Shown here one piece after another: positions 14,864 through 31,196 of a stretch of 64,000 nucleotides of DNA. The stretch lies in NCBI RefSeq assembly GCF_009914755.1, contig NC_060932.1; one strand, written 5' to 3'. The notes beneath the pieces were generated by a model. That model did not search any database, was not told the DNA's origin, and saw only the letters and a program-made list of their open reading frames with translations. How positions within the stretch are numbered: position 1 is the stretch's first letter; each line of letters begins with the position of its first letter. Position numbers and translations under genes: made by a program. The DNA is from the human T2T-CHM13v2.0 reference genome, Homo sapiens.

Positions 14864-14937
14864 TTATGAAGATTTCTCTTTTTTATTCCGGGGAGAGTCT
14901 GCTACATTTGAAGTTAATGTTCCATTCACACCATTTT
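14864..14937 (-). CDS. TRAM1: TRAM1 coding exon 11 (last; ends ...DSPRNKKEKSS*)
   Basis: TTTGCAG|AAAATGG; 74 nt to TAA, followed immediately by TGA; total CDS 1125 nt; C-terminal KEKSS fits a KxKxx ER-retrieval motif. Confidence 0.97.
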
Positions 14938-15364
14938 CTGCAAAAAGAAAAGAATCCATGTTACTCTCTTTTATAAATAAATGCAAGTTATAATCTTTAT
15001 ATGTAAAGATACCTTCAGAAAAGAAAATGTAAAATCCAATTCACTCAGGTGAAATTTACTTACCAGTATTTAACCAATCACAAAACCTGGTAACATTTTT
15101 AACACAATGAACTGAAAGTAGCAAATTAAAAGAAAACTACTATTAAAAGCAGAAAAAAGTGACAGCACAGAAAACTATAAAGTCACAAGAATTTAAAAAT
15201 AGTATTCAAGAGAAATACCTTCTGTAGAAATAAAGAAACTTTTCACATTTGACAGCGAAGTCCTTGGGGATATTTGTTTACAATATAGTAAAGTTGGTGT
15301 TTAGGATAATTTCTATGTGGAGGCGTGTATTATGGCCTTCTTTTTATTTATTTATGTTACTGTT

Positions 15365-15520
15365 GTTTTTTGAGACAGGGTCTCACTCTGTCACCAAGGC
15401 TGTGTAGTGGCACGATCATGGCTCAATGCAGTCTTGAACTCCCGGGGACCAGTGATGCTCCCGGGGACCTCAGCCTCCCAAATAGCTGGGACTACAGGCA
15501 TGTGCCACCACACCTGGCTA
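15365..15520 (-). mobile_element. Alu right-arm fragment
   Basis: Reverse Alu sequence carrying an internal CTCCCGGGGACC duplication. Confidence 0.85.
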
Positions 15521-15729
15521 ATAGTAATGGCCTTCTTCAAGCTATGATGGAGTAGCGTATGTGTGACTGACTCTCTCTCCAAAAATACAAAAGTTGCATA
15601 CAGAAATGGATGTTTGAGGCGGGGGCAATGGCTTGCACCTATAATCACAGCACAAGTGGAATCCCAGCACAGATATCATTGAACTGAATAATAATGAAAA
15701 AGACATATTGAAACCTGTGAAATACAGAC

Positions 15730-16130
<401 letters not shown>

Positions 16131-16496
16131 TCAATGCTCCAAAGATCCATCTCAAGAAGGTAAATCACAAACAAAACCGCAAATTAAACCCAATGAAAAG
16201 GAAAGAATAGAAATCAATGATCCAGAAAAGAGACAACTAGGAAAATCAACACAAAAAGACAAATGTTGGTTTTGACTGATGGAAGGAAAGATAAAAGGCT
16301 TACGTTACTAACAACATGAAATGAAAAACAGGAATCACTCCTGATTTAGAGGTGTTAACAGGATAACGAAAGTCATATGAATAATTTTATGCCGATGTAT
16401 TTGCAAATTTATATGAACTAGACAAATTCCTTGAAAAACATTATTTACCAAAAGAGAAACGACTAAGAAACAGAAAATGTGAACAATAGTATTATC

Positions 16497-18305
16497 TTTT
16501 TTTTCTTCTGAGACAGGGTCTCACTCTGTTATCCCGGCTGGAGTCCAGTGACATGATCTCCACTCACTGCAACCTCCACTTCTCAGTGATGGCAGCGGCA
16601 GCCCCTGTGGAGTGGCTACTGCCATGACATTGGCTGTAGTGTGAGAGGTGCATCCAGGGCTGTGTGCTCCACATAGCTAGCAGGAGCCCCATCCCTTTCA
16701 AAGTTGGAGTGGTGGGAGTCCCGCACTCCTGGGCACAGTGGCAGCCACCCAGCTGTAGTTCTTGGGGGTTCGGGAAGCCCTACTACCTCTGCAGGCTTGG
16801 AAGTGCCTGCTCCCACTGCCTGGCCACTCTGCTGCTCCTGGCGTCTGCTAGTTTTGGAGTGAAGGTGAGACTGACCCTGGGATTAGGGCAGCACTGATAT
16901 GCCTGCTCAGGGAGCCCCTAGATCTGGGGGCTTTTCTCTCTTTCTTGTCATCCACAACGTGGCGAGCAGGGGGACATATTTCAGCCTTGTTTGTGCTATA
17001 GCCCTTTTAGTCCCGCCATTCAGCAGGTCCAAAGTTCCCAAGGCAGCTCCCTGCTCCCTTGGCCCTGTCAGGACTTTGGGTGCTGATGAGCACGAGAGGG
17101 AGGCCGAGGGGGGCTGAGGGCAGCTTGGTGTGGGTCTGTAGGCACCCCTTGGCATGACCAGCCTAGGCACCACGGATGGCAGGTTGATGGCAGCAGGAGG
17201 CAGACAGGTTCCTGGGCAGAAAGGGGTGGGCCCTGGTGAAGCCCCCCTCTTCAAGCCAGGGACAGCCTGAAACCTGGGGGCCAGGCCACCAGTTCCATGG
17301 ACTGGAGTGAGAACTTACAGTGTTTTCTGGGCCCACCCATGGACCAATCAGCATGCACTTCCTCCCCCATGAAGCTCATAAAAATCCTGGACTCAGCCAG
17401 ACTTGGGCAGATGATGAGACTGTGGATAGGAGCTAACCACTTCAGGTCTCCTGAGAACTGTTCTGCCTCTCAATGAACCTCCTCTCTGCCTTGCTCACCC
17501 TCCAGTTGTCTGCATACCTCATTCTTCCTGGATGCAGGACAAGAACTTGGGACCTGCTGAATGGTGGGACTGAAAGGGCTATAGCACAAACAAGGCTGAA
17601 ACATGCCCCTCTGCTCACCACGTTGTGGATGACAAGAAAGAGAGAAGAGCTGTGCTCCTCTGGGAAGCCCAGATCTAGGGGCTCCCTGAGCCAGGGCTAT
17701 GACACCCTCTTTGGGGTTCAGTGGTTCCCACCATCTCCAAGCTCTGGAGATGCCACCACACTCCCCTTGTCCAGTCATGGGTCCCTGCAGCGGAAGCCGC
17801 ATGCAGTACATCTGGTCCAGCTGCAGCCTCACACAGAGCCAGCACCTGCTGGTGCCTAGAGCTGCCTGCCCCGTGGCAGCAGCCTGTGTGTCTGGCTGTG
17901 CGCAGTGGCTAGACCTTGTGTGTGCTTGCCCACACACCCCCTGCTGCTCCACGTCTGGCTCATGCTTGACAGGTGTAGGATCTGGGCCGGTAGCTTAAGC
18001 CAAGCACAGCCTGTCAGGCCAAGTGGGTGGAATGAGCCCAGCGGATGCAAGCAATACTCAGGCAGAAGGTGCCACCAGCCAAAAAGGTTTCCAGCTGGTG
18101 AAGTGACACCCCAAGGGTGACATCAGGATCAAGGGATCCTCCCACCTCAGCCTCCCAAGTACTGGGACTACAGGCATGCACCACGATGCCTGGTTCATTT
18201 TTGTATTTTTTGTAAAGACAGAGTTTCGTCATGTTGCCCAGGCTGGTCTTGAACTCCTGGGCTCAAGTGATCCACCCATCTCAGCCTCCCAAAGTGCTGG
18301 GTGCC
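16497..18305 (-). mobile_element. AluJ-type SINE split by LTR insertion (16497-16586 and 18123-18305)
   Basis: Reverse Alu stops at ...ACCTCCACTTCTCAG and resumes GATCAAGGGATCCTCCCACCTCAGCC after the LTR. Confidence 0.88.
16587..18122 (+). mobile_element. Solo LTR, MER52-like (ERV1)
   Basis: TG...CA termini, 4-bp TSD TCAG (16583-16586 / 18123-18126), GC-rich 1.5 kb, CCAAT (17344) and CATAAAA (17377) promoter-like motifs; family from recalled consensus TGATGGCAGCGGC. Confidence 0.88.
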
Positions 18306-18319
18306 CAGCCAATTGGTTG

Positions 18320-18575
<256 letters not shown>

Positions 18576-18803
18576 TCAGAGGGCTTAGTTGGTGAACACT
18601 TCCAAACACTTAAATAATAAATAATGCTGATATTACACAAAGGACAAATCTGCCCAACACTTTCTTTACAGCCAGCACAACCTTGAGGTCAAAATCTGAC
18701 ATATTACAAAAAAGGGCTAATACAGGCTGATCTATTATTACATGAACAAAGATGCAAAAATCCTAATGAAATACTGAAAAAGGGAATTCAGCGAAAGTGA
18801 TGT

Positions 18804-19443
18804 ACAATGGTCTCCCCTTATTTGCAGTGTTGCTTTCCACGGTTTCAGTTACCCACAGTCAACCATGGTCTGAAAATAGATGAGTACTGTATAATATTTT
18901 GAGAGAGAAAAATACCACATTCAATTAACTTTTGCTACAATATGCTGTTATATGTGACCAATTTATAAATAAAACTTTATCATAGCTAATTAGGAGAAAA
19001 CATAGTATATACAGTCATGCATCACTTAACAGGCTATGTTTTAAGAAATGTGTTAGGCGATTTCATCATTGTATGAACATCATAGAATGTACTTCCACAA
19101 ATCTAGATGGTAGAGCCTACCACACACCCAGGCTATATGGTATAGCCTATTGCTCCTAGGCTAAAAATCTGCATGGCATGTTACTGTATGGAATACTTTA
19201 GGCAACTGTAATACAGTGGTAACTATTTATGTATCTAAACATATCTAAACATAGAAATGGTATTGGAGAAATAAAGCATTATCTTATAGGACCAGTGTCA
19301 TAAATGAGTCATGTATACACATATGTTGTACAGCTGTTGACTGAAATGTCATTATTTAGCACGTAACTATATAGTTTGAAACTACCCCTGGTTTCAGGCA
19401 TCCATTGGGGGTTTTGGAATGTATTCCCCCAGGGAGACAACTG
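18804..19443. mobile_element. MER44/Tigger7-like DNA transposon interrupted by a Tigger3-like element
   Basis: Degenerate TIRs flanked by TA; GCTTTCCACGGTTTCAGTTACCC motif; other end CAGGCATCCATTGGGGG...ACTGTA. Confidence 0.75.
19012..19370. mobile_element. Tigger3a/MER7-like DNA transposon
   Basis: TA|CAGTCATGC terminus and GGCTATATGGTATAGCC internal palindrome. Confidence 0.8.
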
Positions 19444-20041
19444 TATTATCACCAACTTGGATGCATGTCAGAAATGCAGAATTATTTTAACATTGATAGT
19501 CAATGTAGTCAATGCAATTCACAACATTAATAGAGTAAAGAAAAACTCTATGACTAACTAAATCTTGCAGAAAAAGCATTTCTTAACATTCCACAAGTCA
19601 TGGACAAAAACTCTTAGTAAATGATGTACAGAAGAGAACTGAATAAAGGGCATCTACAGACCATTCTTAATAATGAAATACCGAAAGGTCTCCCTCTTAT
19701 ATGAGGAACAAGAGTATTCATTTCTTATATTGAATATTATGGTTTAGTCCTAGCTAGTGTAATACAGGAAGAAAATGAAAAGGTATAATATTTATAGACG
19801 CTGTAACTGTATATTTTAGTGTAAACTTTAGAATAAGTGAATTAGGAAGACTTTTTTCAGTACCTGGATAGTATCTTAAAGAAAACAAATGGCACTACTA
19901 CGTAACAAATAGTTAAAACTGTTTTTTAAAAAGAGCATGTACATTAGCTTAAAAAAGAAAATACCTGAGAATAAATTTAATGAAAAATGTATGAGATCCC
20001 TATACAGAAACCTATAAAATATCTCCTTCAACAACTCTTCC

Positions 20042-20077
20042 ATTGCTTCTTGGCATTTTGGCTAAGATCAAGTGAAG
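20042..20077 (+). pseudogene. 3'-truncated U2 snRNA retropseudogene (nt 1-36)
   Basis: ATTGCTTCTTGGCATTTTGGCTAAGATCAAGTGAAG versus U2 5' end ATCGCTTCTCGGCCTTTTGGCTAAGATCAAGTGTAG (32/36); direct repeat AACTCTTCC at 20033-20041 and 20078-20086. Confidence 0.93.
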
Positions 20078-21027
20078 AACTCTTCCAAAAAACAGAAAAG
20101 GAAAAAACACTCCCCAGTTCATTCTATGAAGCCAGTATTATCTTGATACTAAAACCAGACAACGATGTTGCAAGAAAAATATACTCCAATTATCCTTTAT
20201 GAATACAGACACAAAAAAACCTGAACAAAATACTTGCATACCAAAATCCATCAAGAGATAAAAAGGATCATACACCATAACCAAGTGAAATTTATCCCAG
20301 GAATGCAACGTTGGTTTAACATCTGAAAATCAATCTAATCTATAATACCAACAGAAAAAAATGACAAAACCCCACAAGGTTATCTCAATAGATGCAGGAA
20401 AAAAAGCAATTGACAAAATCTAACAACCTTCCATGATAAAAACAAACTAGGAATCAGAGGGGAACTTCCTCAACCTGATAAAGGTCATTTATGAAAAACC
20501 CATAGCTAACATCATACTTAATGGTAAAAGACTGGATGGATGCCTACCCCTAAGATCAAAAACAAGACAAGGATGTCTGCTCTCACCATTTCTATTCAAC
20601 ACCTGTTGTGGAGGTTCTGGGCAGGGCAATTTGGCAAGAAAATGCAATAGAAAGCATCCAGATTGCCCACCAAAAAAAAAAAAACCTATTTGAATAAATA
20701 AATTCAGCAAGGTTGCAGGATACAAGATCAATATACAAAAGTGAATTGTATTTCATATACAATGGCAATGAAGAATCTGAAAATGGAATTAAGAAGATGG
20801 TTCTATTTTACAACAGCATCAAAAAGAATAAAATAGGATTAAATTTAATGAACTGCAAGATGTATACACTGATAAATATAATTGAAAGAGATTAAAAGAT
20901 CTAAATAAACAGACATTCATGTTCATACTCTGCAAAGCAACCTACAAATTGAAGATAATCCATACCAAAACCCCAGCTGGCTTTTTTGCAGAAACTGACA
21001 AGCTCATTATAGAATTCATATTAAAAT

Positions 21028-21152
21028 GGCTGGGCAAGGCAGCATATGCCTGTAGTCCCAGCTACCTGGGAGGCTGATGGGAGAATCCCTTGAGCCTACA
21101 AGTTCAAGTCTAGCCTGGGCAACATAGCAAGATCCCGTCACTTAAATAAAAA
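21028..21152 (+). mobile_element. FLAM-type Alu monomer
   Basis: Single Alu monomer with short A tail. Confidence 0.8.
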
Positions 21153-22211
21153 CTCATATGGAAATGTAAGAAACCCAGAATAACCAAAACATAAAATAGA
21201 ACAACAACAATGGGGACTCACATTACCTGCTTTCAAAACTTACTACAAAGCTACAGTAATCAAGATAGTGTGGTTCTGGCATAAGAATCGACATACGAAT
21301 AAATGAAATAGAATTCATGATCCAGAAATAAACTTTTCTTAAAAATGATTTTTGAAAAGGGTATCAAGACAGTTCAAGTGAAGGAGTCTTTTTAACAAAT
21401 GGCACAGGGACAACTGAGTATCAAGATGCTAAACTGAGTGTAAAATAGTATAACCACTTCAAAGAACAGTTTGGCAGTTCCCTCAAAATGTTAAACATAG
21501 TTACCGCATGACTCGGAAATCCCACTCCTATGTATGTACCCTAGAGAATGAAAACACATGTTTGAACAAAAACTTGCACCTAAATGTTCACAGCATCACG
21601 ATTCATAATAGCCAAAAAGTAAAAGGCACTCAATATCCATCAAATGATGAATGGATAAACAAAATATGGTATACATCCATCCAAAAGGTTCCATACAATG
21701 GAATATTAATTGGCTGTAAAAATAAATGAAGTCTTTCTATATGCTATGACATGGATGAACCTCAAAGCATTATCCATTTGCAAAACCACATATCACATGG
21801 TTCTGTTTACATGAAATGTCCAGAAAAGGCCAATCCTTAGAGACAGAAAATAGATTAGAGGGTGCCGGAGCAGAATGAAGGGGGCAAAGTGAAGTGATGC
21901 TAAGGGGCATGGGGTTTCTTTTTGCAGTGATAGAAATATTCTGGAATTAGATAGTGGTTTGCACGATTTTGTGAACATACATTAAAAATGACTGAAATGT
22001 ATACTTTAAAGGGTAAACTTTATGTGAATTACATCCCATTAAAGCTATTAAAAATATTACTTGGAGAAATTAAAGACAACCTAAATAAACAGAGGTATAT
22101 ATCATGTTAATGGGTTGAAATAGTCAATTATCCCTAAATCGATCTACAGATTTGATGTTATTTCAACTTAATATCCCAGCAACTTTTGTGGAAATTGACC
22201 AGGTTGTATAA

Positions 22212-22378
22212 TTTTTTTTTTTTTTTTCTAAAGAGGCATATGTTGCCCAGGCTGGAGTGTAGTAGGGCTTCACAGGCATGATCATTGTGCACTGTAACCT
22301 TGAACTCCTGGGTTCAAGTGATCCTCCTGCCTCAGCCTCCTGAATAGCTGGACTACAGGCACCCCCCACTGCACCTAG
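22212..22378 (-). mobile_element. FAM-type (fossil Alu monomer) SINE
   Basis: Monomer retaining the 7SL-derived TTCACAGGCATGATC segment. Confidence 0.75.
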
Positions 22379-23085
22379 ATCAAGTTGTACTAAAATGTAT
22401 TAAGAAAATGCAAAGGGCCAAGACTTGCTGGGACAAACTTGAAAAAAAAAAAAAAAGGCAGGGCTGTAGGATGTAAATTATCAGGTATTAATACTTACAA
22501 AGGAGTAAACCAGAGTGGACATACTCTAAAAACTTCCTGTGTTATAGTTCTAAGCCTAATACCACATACACACTGAAAAAATTAACTGTAATATCGATGC
22601 ATTTTCAATTTTTGCAAAAACCATAAGGAAAAAAGAGGTTAAATGAAGGCTTTAAAGACAAAGAATCAAGCAATCAGAAGTTATAAAAAAAAAGCTATTC
22701 CACTTGGGACAAATGGGCAGATGGGAAGAGGTTGTGAAGAGCTTTTTAAAATGTGAATAAGATGCTTGAAAACAAACTACCATCCTCAGGTTTAGTTTAA
22801 ACCTGCCCATAAAGTTTGGTCTAAAGTAGCTCAAGGTAACCAAGCATGGAAAACTTGTTAAAGAGAAATGTGATGGACAGCTTTTGAGGGGAGTAACTGA
22901 GTTTCCTCACCCAAGGGATCACCCAATTGTGGAATGCAGTAAGATTACTTTGCCTCTAATTTTGTTGAAAAGCAGAATAGTATTTTCTTTATAAGACACC
23001 TTAAAACTAATAAATAAGATCCAACAACAAATTTTTTAAAAGTTTTCTACTTCCATGAGTTTTTCATTGCTTACTGAATACAAAC

Positions 23086-23246
23086 CTGTTCCTTTTTTAG
23101 AAGATCTGCCTTTAGTTACTGTTGGTTTCTTCTTCACAGCTGGTGCCTGAAAAGCAGAATGTTCCCTCCACCTTCGAAGCTGAAAATTAATGAACTTCCA
23201 CATCATAAATGCCTGAGTAACGCAAATGGATGCCAGAACAGCGATT
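23086..23246 (-). CDS. TRAM1: TRAM1 coding exon 10
   Basis: CTTAG|AATCGC...ACAG|GTTTGT; 161 nt; [53 protein letters not shown]. Confidence 0.97.
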
Positions 23247-23534
23247 CTAAGAAATATTAAGACATAAAAAGTTAGTGTATAAAAAACAATGCCACTGAAT
23301 ACATTCTATCATCTTTCATAGTATTTAGTAATAATTCCCACTCAGTTGAGAAAATTGTATTAATAATCATTGCATTAATAATTTATCCTAAAAGTTAAAT
23401 GCTTTAGTACTTCACTTTAGACATGTAAAATAGCAACGGGTATGAAATAAAATCAAATGAGTATTTTCCCCAACCTCATATTCATCCTTTTTTAGATGAT
23501 TCAATGTAGAGAAACTGATAATATATATTATCTA

Positions 23535-23960
<426 letters not shown>

Positions 23961-24202
23961 AGAAACTAGATTCCTATTAAGTAAAAGCCTATTAAAATAG
24001 CATTTCTTATTCTGCAAAAAAGAATTTTGAGTCAAATATCTGGGAAAGGCTATATATCACACTCAGAGAGATATAACACATATTAGCCTATTTAAATTTC
24101 TAAAACAATCCAGGAAATAAATGTTTAATTTTCTGTTTAGCTTATCTCTTTTCTTGTATAAGAACTATTAATATTCCTCAGAACTACTAGTATTCAGAAT
24201 AA

Positions 24203-26367
<2,165 letters not shown>

Positions 26368-26819
26368 AAGAGTCCCAGTTTTACTTTTTTTAAGACAACT
26401 TTGCACTCTTTACAAGTTACACCTCTCCAATTCTGTTTTCAGTTCAATTTCACCATCAATATATTTTAGTTATCTATAAGGCTAATTATCTATTGTTTCA
26501 CTTTCTTCTGAGAGTTCACTTCTCTATCACTCCTCCAAAAGAAAAACCATGCAACAAACAAAGTAAAAGTTATAACAGAAAAGTAAACCCAAGAAGCCTT
26601 CAAAATTGCAAGATACAATACAGTATCTCTCTAGCTGAGAAAGCCTCCATTTTAGAGAGTAAAATACAAAGTCTGAATTGCTAAATAATTTCGTTTTATT
26701 TAAAGCGGCTACTGATCGCTTAAAAAGTTAATATAATGGCCTAAAGCATGGATCTTGGCAATGTTAGGCACTGACTTTAAATACCTAGTACACGAGAAAT
26801 AGAATGGCTAAACAACTTA

Positions 26820-26960
<141 letters not shown>

Positions 26961-27031
26961 TTATCAATTAAGACAGGTCAGCATACTATCTGCCCAGCCT
27001 ACTTACACACCCATGAAATATCCCAACTCAC

Positions 27032-27102
27032 TTCAAAAGGTAAGCTCCAGCAATGTGGAAGAGGTAAAGACCAATGTAGACAAGCTGACGAGGAATATCT
27101 TC
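27032..27102 (-). CDS. TRAM1: TRAM1 coding exon 7
   Basis: TTTACAG|GAAGAT...TGAA|GTGAGT; 71 nt; EDIPRQLVYIGLYLFHIAGAYLL. Confidence 0.97.
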
Positions 27103-27154
27103 CTGTAAAAAAATACATTATAGATTAAAACATGCTAAAACATTTCCTTTCCCT

Positions 27155-27280
27155 TTTTTTAAGAGGTGTGGTCTTGCTATGTTGCCCAGGTTGGTCTCAA
27201 AACCTTGGACTCAAGAGAACCCCCAACCTTGGCCTTCCAAAGGGTTAGGATTTCAGGCGTGACCCACTGTGCTTGGCTCA
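27155..27280 (-). mobile_element. FLAM/Alu monomer
   Basis: Reverse left-monomer sequence. Confidence 0.8.
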
Positions 27281-27856
27281 TTTCTGTTCTTTAAGAGTAA
27301 GTGAAAAATGTAGAAGTAGGAGATCTGAAAGCTATTCTGCTCCCACCCCACCGCAATCTCTCATCCTCAATTAGGTATATAGCATTAGCAAGTCACTTAA
27401 CCTCTGCTGGCTTCAGTTATTTCATCCATAAAATGTGAATACTTAGATTTGCTTCAATCAGATAAACTCAAAATCCCTTTTAGAGCTAAGATCTATGGCT
27501 CTTTTTTCTAATGTGTATTAAATGACACAATATTAATCATAGTTACATGCTGACAATTTGATGTTCCTCTAATATTAAAATTGTTATGTTCATAGTAGTA
27601 GAGACACTTCTGTTTACCTAAAATAGGATTCACATTTTCAGCTCATGCTTTAGTCCCTTGTCAGTCATTACAACAAGTTTAACATTTTGTATTCTCATTT
27701 ATACTATTCCTTAATTGTATATTCTTTTTCCTCAATTACTTTGCAAGCCCAAGTACCTAGATTTTATTTTTACTTCTTTTTTTCTCCCACAGTTATCTAG
27801 TTGAGCTGGTTATCTCAGAAACAGTATTTTTAGAAAACACAAGTCAAGACCCACTA

Positions 27857-28540
<684 letters not shown>

Positions 28541-29489
28541 GCTAGAGTATATAGCACATTGTATTATGAAAATTGTATTCCACATTTTACACACACACAA
28601 ACACACAATGAATTATGATGTAAAAAGTTTTTCATCTTTGGTTGCAGTAAAAATGTTTACAAAACACTGACAGTGATAAGCTCAACAGGCCAGCCTACTG
28701 ACTAATGAAACACCTATACCTCATTTCTAATTTCCTTTGTTGTAGCAGTTTTCTTCGTATGTATATTTACAAGGATTATATTAGTCTAGTTAGTACTATT
28801 CATGTTCTACAGCTACTAATTAGAACGATGGAAATGGTGGGTTGCTGCTGGCAGGCTGAACTGTGTTCCTCTGCAGCCTCACTAAACTTATCTCTTGCAT
28901 TTAGCACAGTTGAGTGCAGGTCTACTGGTCCTCCATTTCTCTGTGTTTCAGTACTGAGAGCTACTTCACCAAATCTTTTGAGGAGTAGAGATTTTTTGAA
29001 GTCTAGTTTTGAAATGGAAAACTCTTCTCTAGTAAGCATGGCGCAAAGATCAAGTTTTAGGTAGAACATAAGACAGTCTGAATATTACAATTTACAGTAC
29101 TGTATTTTGGGACTCTTAGGAAAATTGATACCAAGTTTACAGTCATTCTTCCAATGGAAGAGAGAAGTATCTCTGAAAATAGACGGTCTTAAGATCCTCT
29201 CTACATAATTTGTAAATTTCCAATGAAATATTTCAGCTTACAAAAGGAAGGAGAAAGGGTGTTGAGATAACATGCAACCACAAGGGAACCTCTCTTCTCC
29301 CGTTATAATCATCTCAGAAAAGCTCACTTAGTATTATCAATGCAATTTGATGTACAATGCATGTAGAAGTGCCACTATATATATGCCAGTGTTTCCCAGT
29401 GTGGTGTGTACATTGGTACTGAACAAAATGATTGCAGACAGTACACAATGAAATACTTTTATTTAACTGTAACTAAAATTTTAAATAAA

Positions 29490-29795
29490 GTGGTGGATCA
29501 CGCCTGTAATAACAGCCCTTTGGGAGGCTGATGCAGGTGGATTGCTTGAGCCCAGGAGTTCGAAACCAGCCTTGGCAACATGGCGAAACCCCATCTCTAA
29601 AAAAATACAAAAAATTAGCCAAGCATAGTGGTGCATGCCTGTACTTCCAGCCACTTGGGAGGCTGAAGTAGTAGGATTGCTTAAGCCTGGCAGGTTGAGG
29701 CTGCAGCTGCAGTGAGCCGTGATTGTGGCCACTGCACTCCAGCATGGGTGATAGAGCAAGACCTTGTCTCAAAACAAAACAAAACAAAACAAAAA
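29490..29795 (+). mobile_element. AluJ-type SINE with (CAAAA)n tail
   Basis: Dimeric Alu. Confidence 0.9.
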
Positions 29796-30424
29796 CCCAA
29801 AATATTTTGTTATTTAATATACCTTAATAATTAAAATGTCAAAAGTATGAATTAGTAGTATGTGAATATGGTAAAGCAGGAAGGTGGCACATAAATGACT
29901 AGGTATAAAAAATATTGCCATATTCTTTCATATGTGTTACTCAATGCTCCACATTTCAGAGGAGAAAACAGACCAAGAAAACCCTTAAAACTTATGAGGG
30001 AAGCGTTTTAGTTTTTAACTGCTGATTGAACTCATTTCATTGCATAAAAACTTGGGTAAGGCAATGTAAAAAAAAAAAAAACTAATTTGCTGGAAAAACT
30101 ATAATGTAATGTAACTACTTAGGAGGATTTTTTTTTTTTTAATTTAAAAGAAATACAAGTAAGTTTTTAAAATTCACACTGGTCAATTAGCAGAGAACCT
30201 AAGCTGCCTACTCTTTTCTTCTCTGACAAGACTAAAAACACTATTATAAATTACAAACAAACTATAATTCAAAAAGCCATTCCATTTCTGATCTTTTGTC
30301 TTTAAATTTCAACCCAATTAGGTGGAGCGCAGTTGTGCTTGACATTAGCTAAGGAAAAATCCATAGAGTTTCTTTCCTAAGTTCAGATTCAACTTTGTAT
30401 CTTAGCCCCATACCTCCTTTTTAA

Positions 30425-30586
30425 AAAATAGAAACATGGTCTCACTATGTTACTCAGGCTGGAGTGCAGTGGTTATTCACAGGTGCAATTATGCTGCACT
30501 GTAGCCTCCAACTCCAGGGCTCAAGTGATCCTGCTATCTCAGCCTCCTGAGTAACTGGGACTACAGGCATGCACCACTGTGCCCAG
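30425..30586 (-). mobile_element. FAM-type monomer
   Basis: Contains the GTGGTTATTCACAGGTGC 7SL-like segment. Confidence 0.75.
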
Positions 30587-31065
30587 TAGCCTTTCCTTTT
30601 GGATAGTCAACCGAGTCAATAATAATAGAGGGTAAAATGCCATCACTAGGTTCTATCTTCACAACCATCAAATGCCTATGCAAAAGTTTTAAAAATAGTA
30701 TCTATTGCTTTCAAAAAGGATTATCAAGAAACCTTTTTCTAAGTAATGGTCCATTCAGCTTTGCACAAATTGACTAGTGTCTCTAAAGCAGTGTTTGTAC
30801 ACTCAAAGCTTACCACAGAAAAAGTAAATTAGTAAGAGAATGGGTAAATACTTGTGTCACTTACTAGCTGAGGGACCTTAGGCAAGCTAATTAATCTCTC
30901 TGTATAATGGGGATAACAACAACAATAATAATAAAAAAAAAAAAGAGATGAGTAGAATACCACAAGGGGTGGTAGGAATTGTGGCTAACTTAACAAACAC
31001 CCTACATAAAGGTATTCCCAAATGATTACAAAAAATACATGGAAGTAGGGGTAGTGTACCATGAG

Positions 31066-31196
31066 TTTTATTTTATTTTTAGAGATGAGTCTCATTACAT
31101 TGCCCAGGCTGGTCTCAAACTCCTGGAATCAAGCCATCCCCTTGCCTCAGCCTCCCCAGTAGCCAGGACTACAGGTGTGTGCCACCATGCCTGGCT
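31066..31196 (-). mobile_element. FLAM-type monomer
   Basis: Reverse Alu monomer; flanked by TACCATGA direct repeats. Confidence 0.8.

Noticed and set aside
16616-18120. Dense ORF cluster up to 160 aa suggesting a nested gene
   Set aside because: Lies wholly within a GC-rich solo LTR; no gag/pol/env-like motifs.
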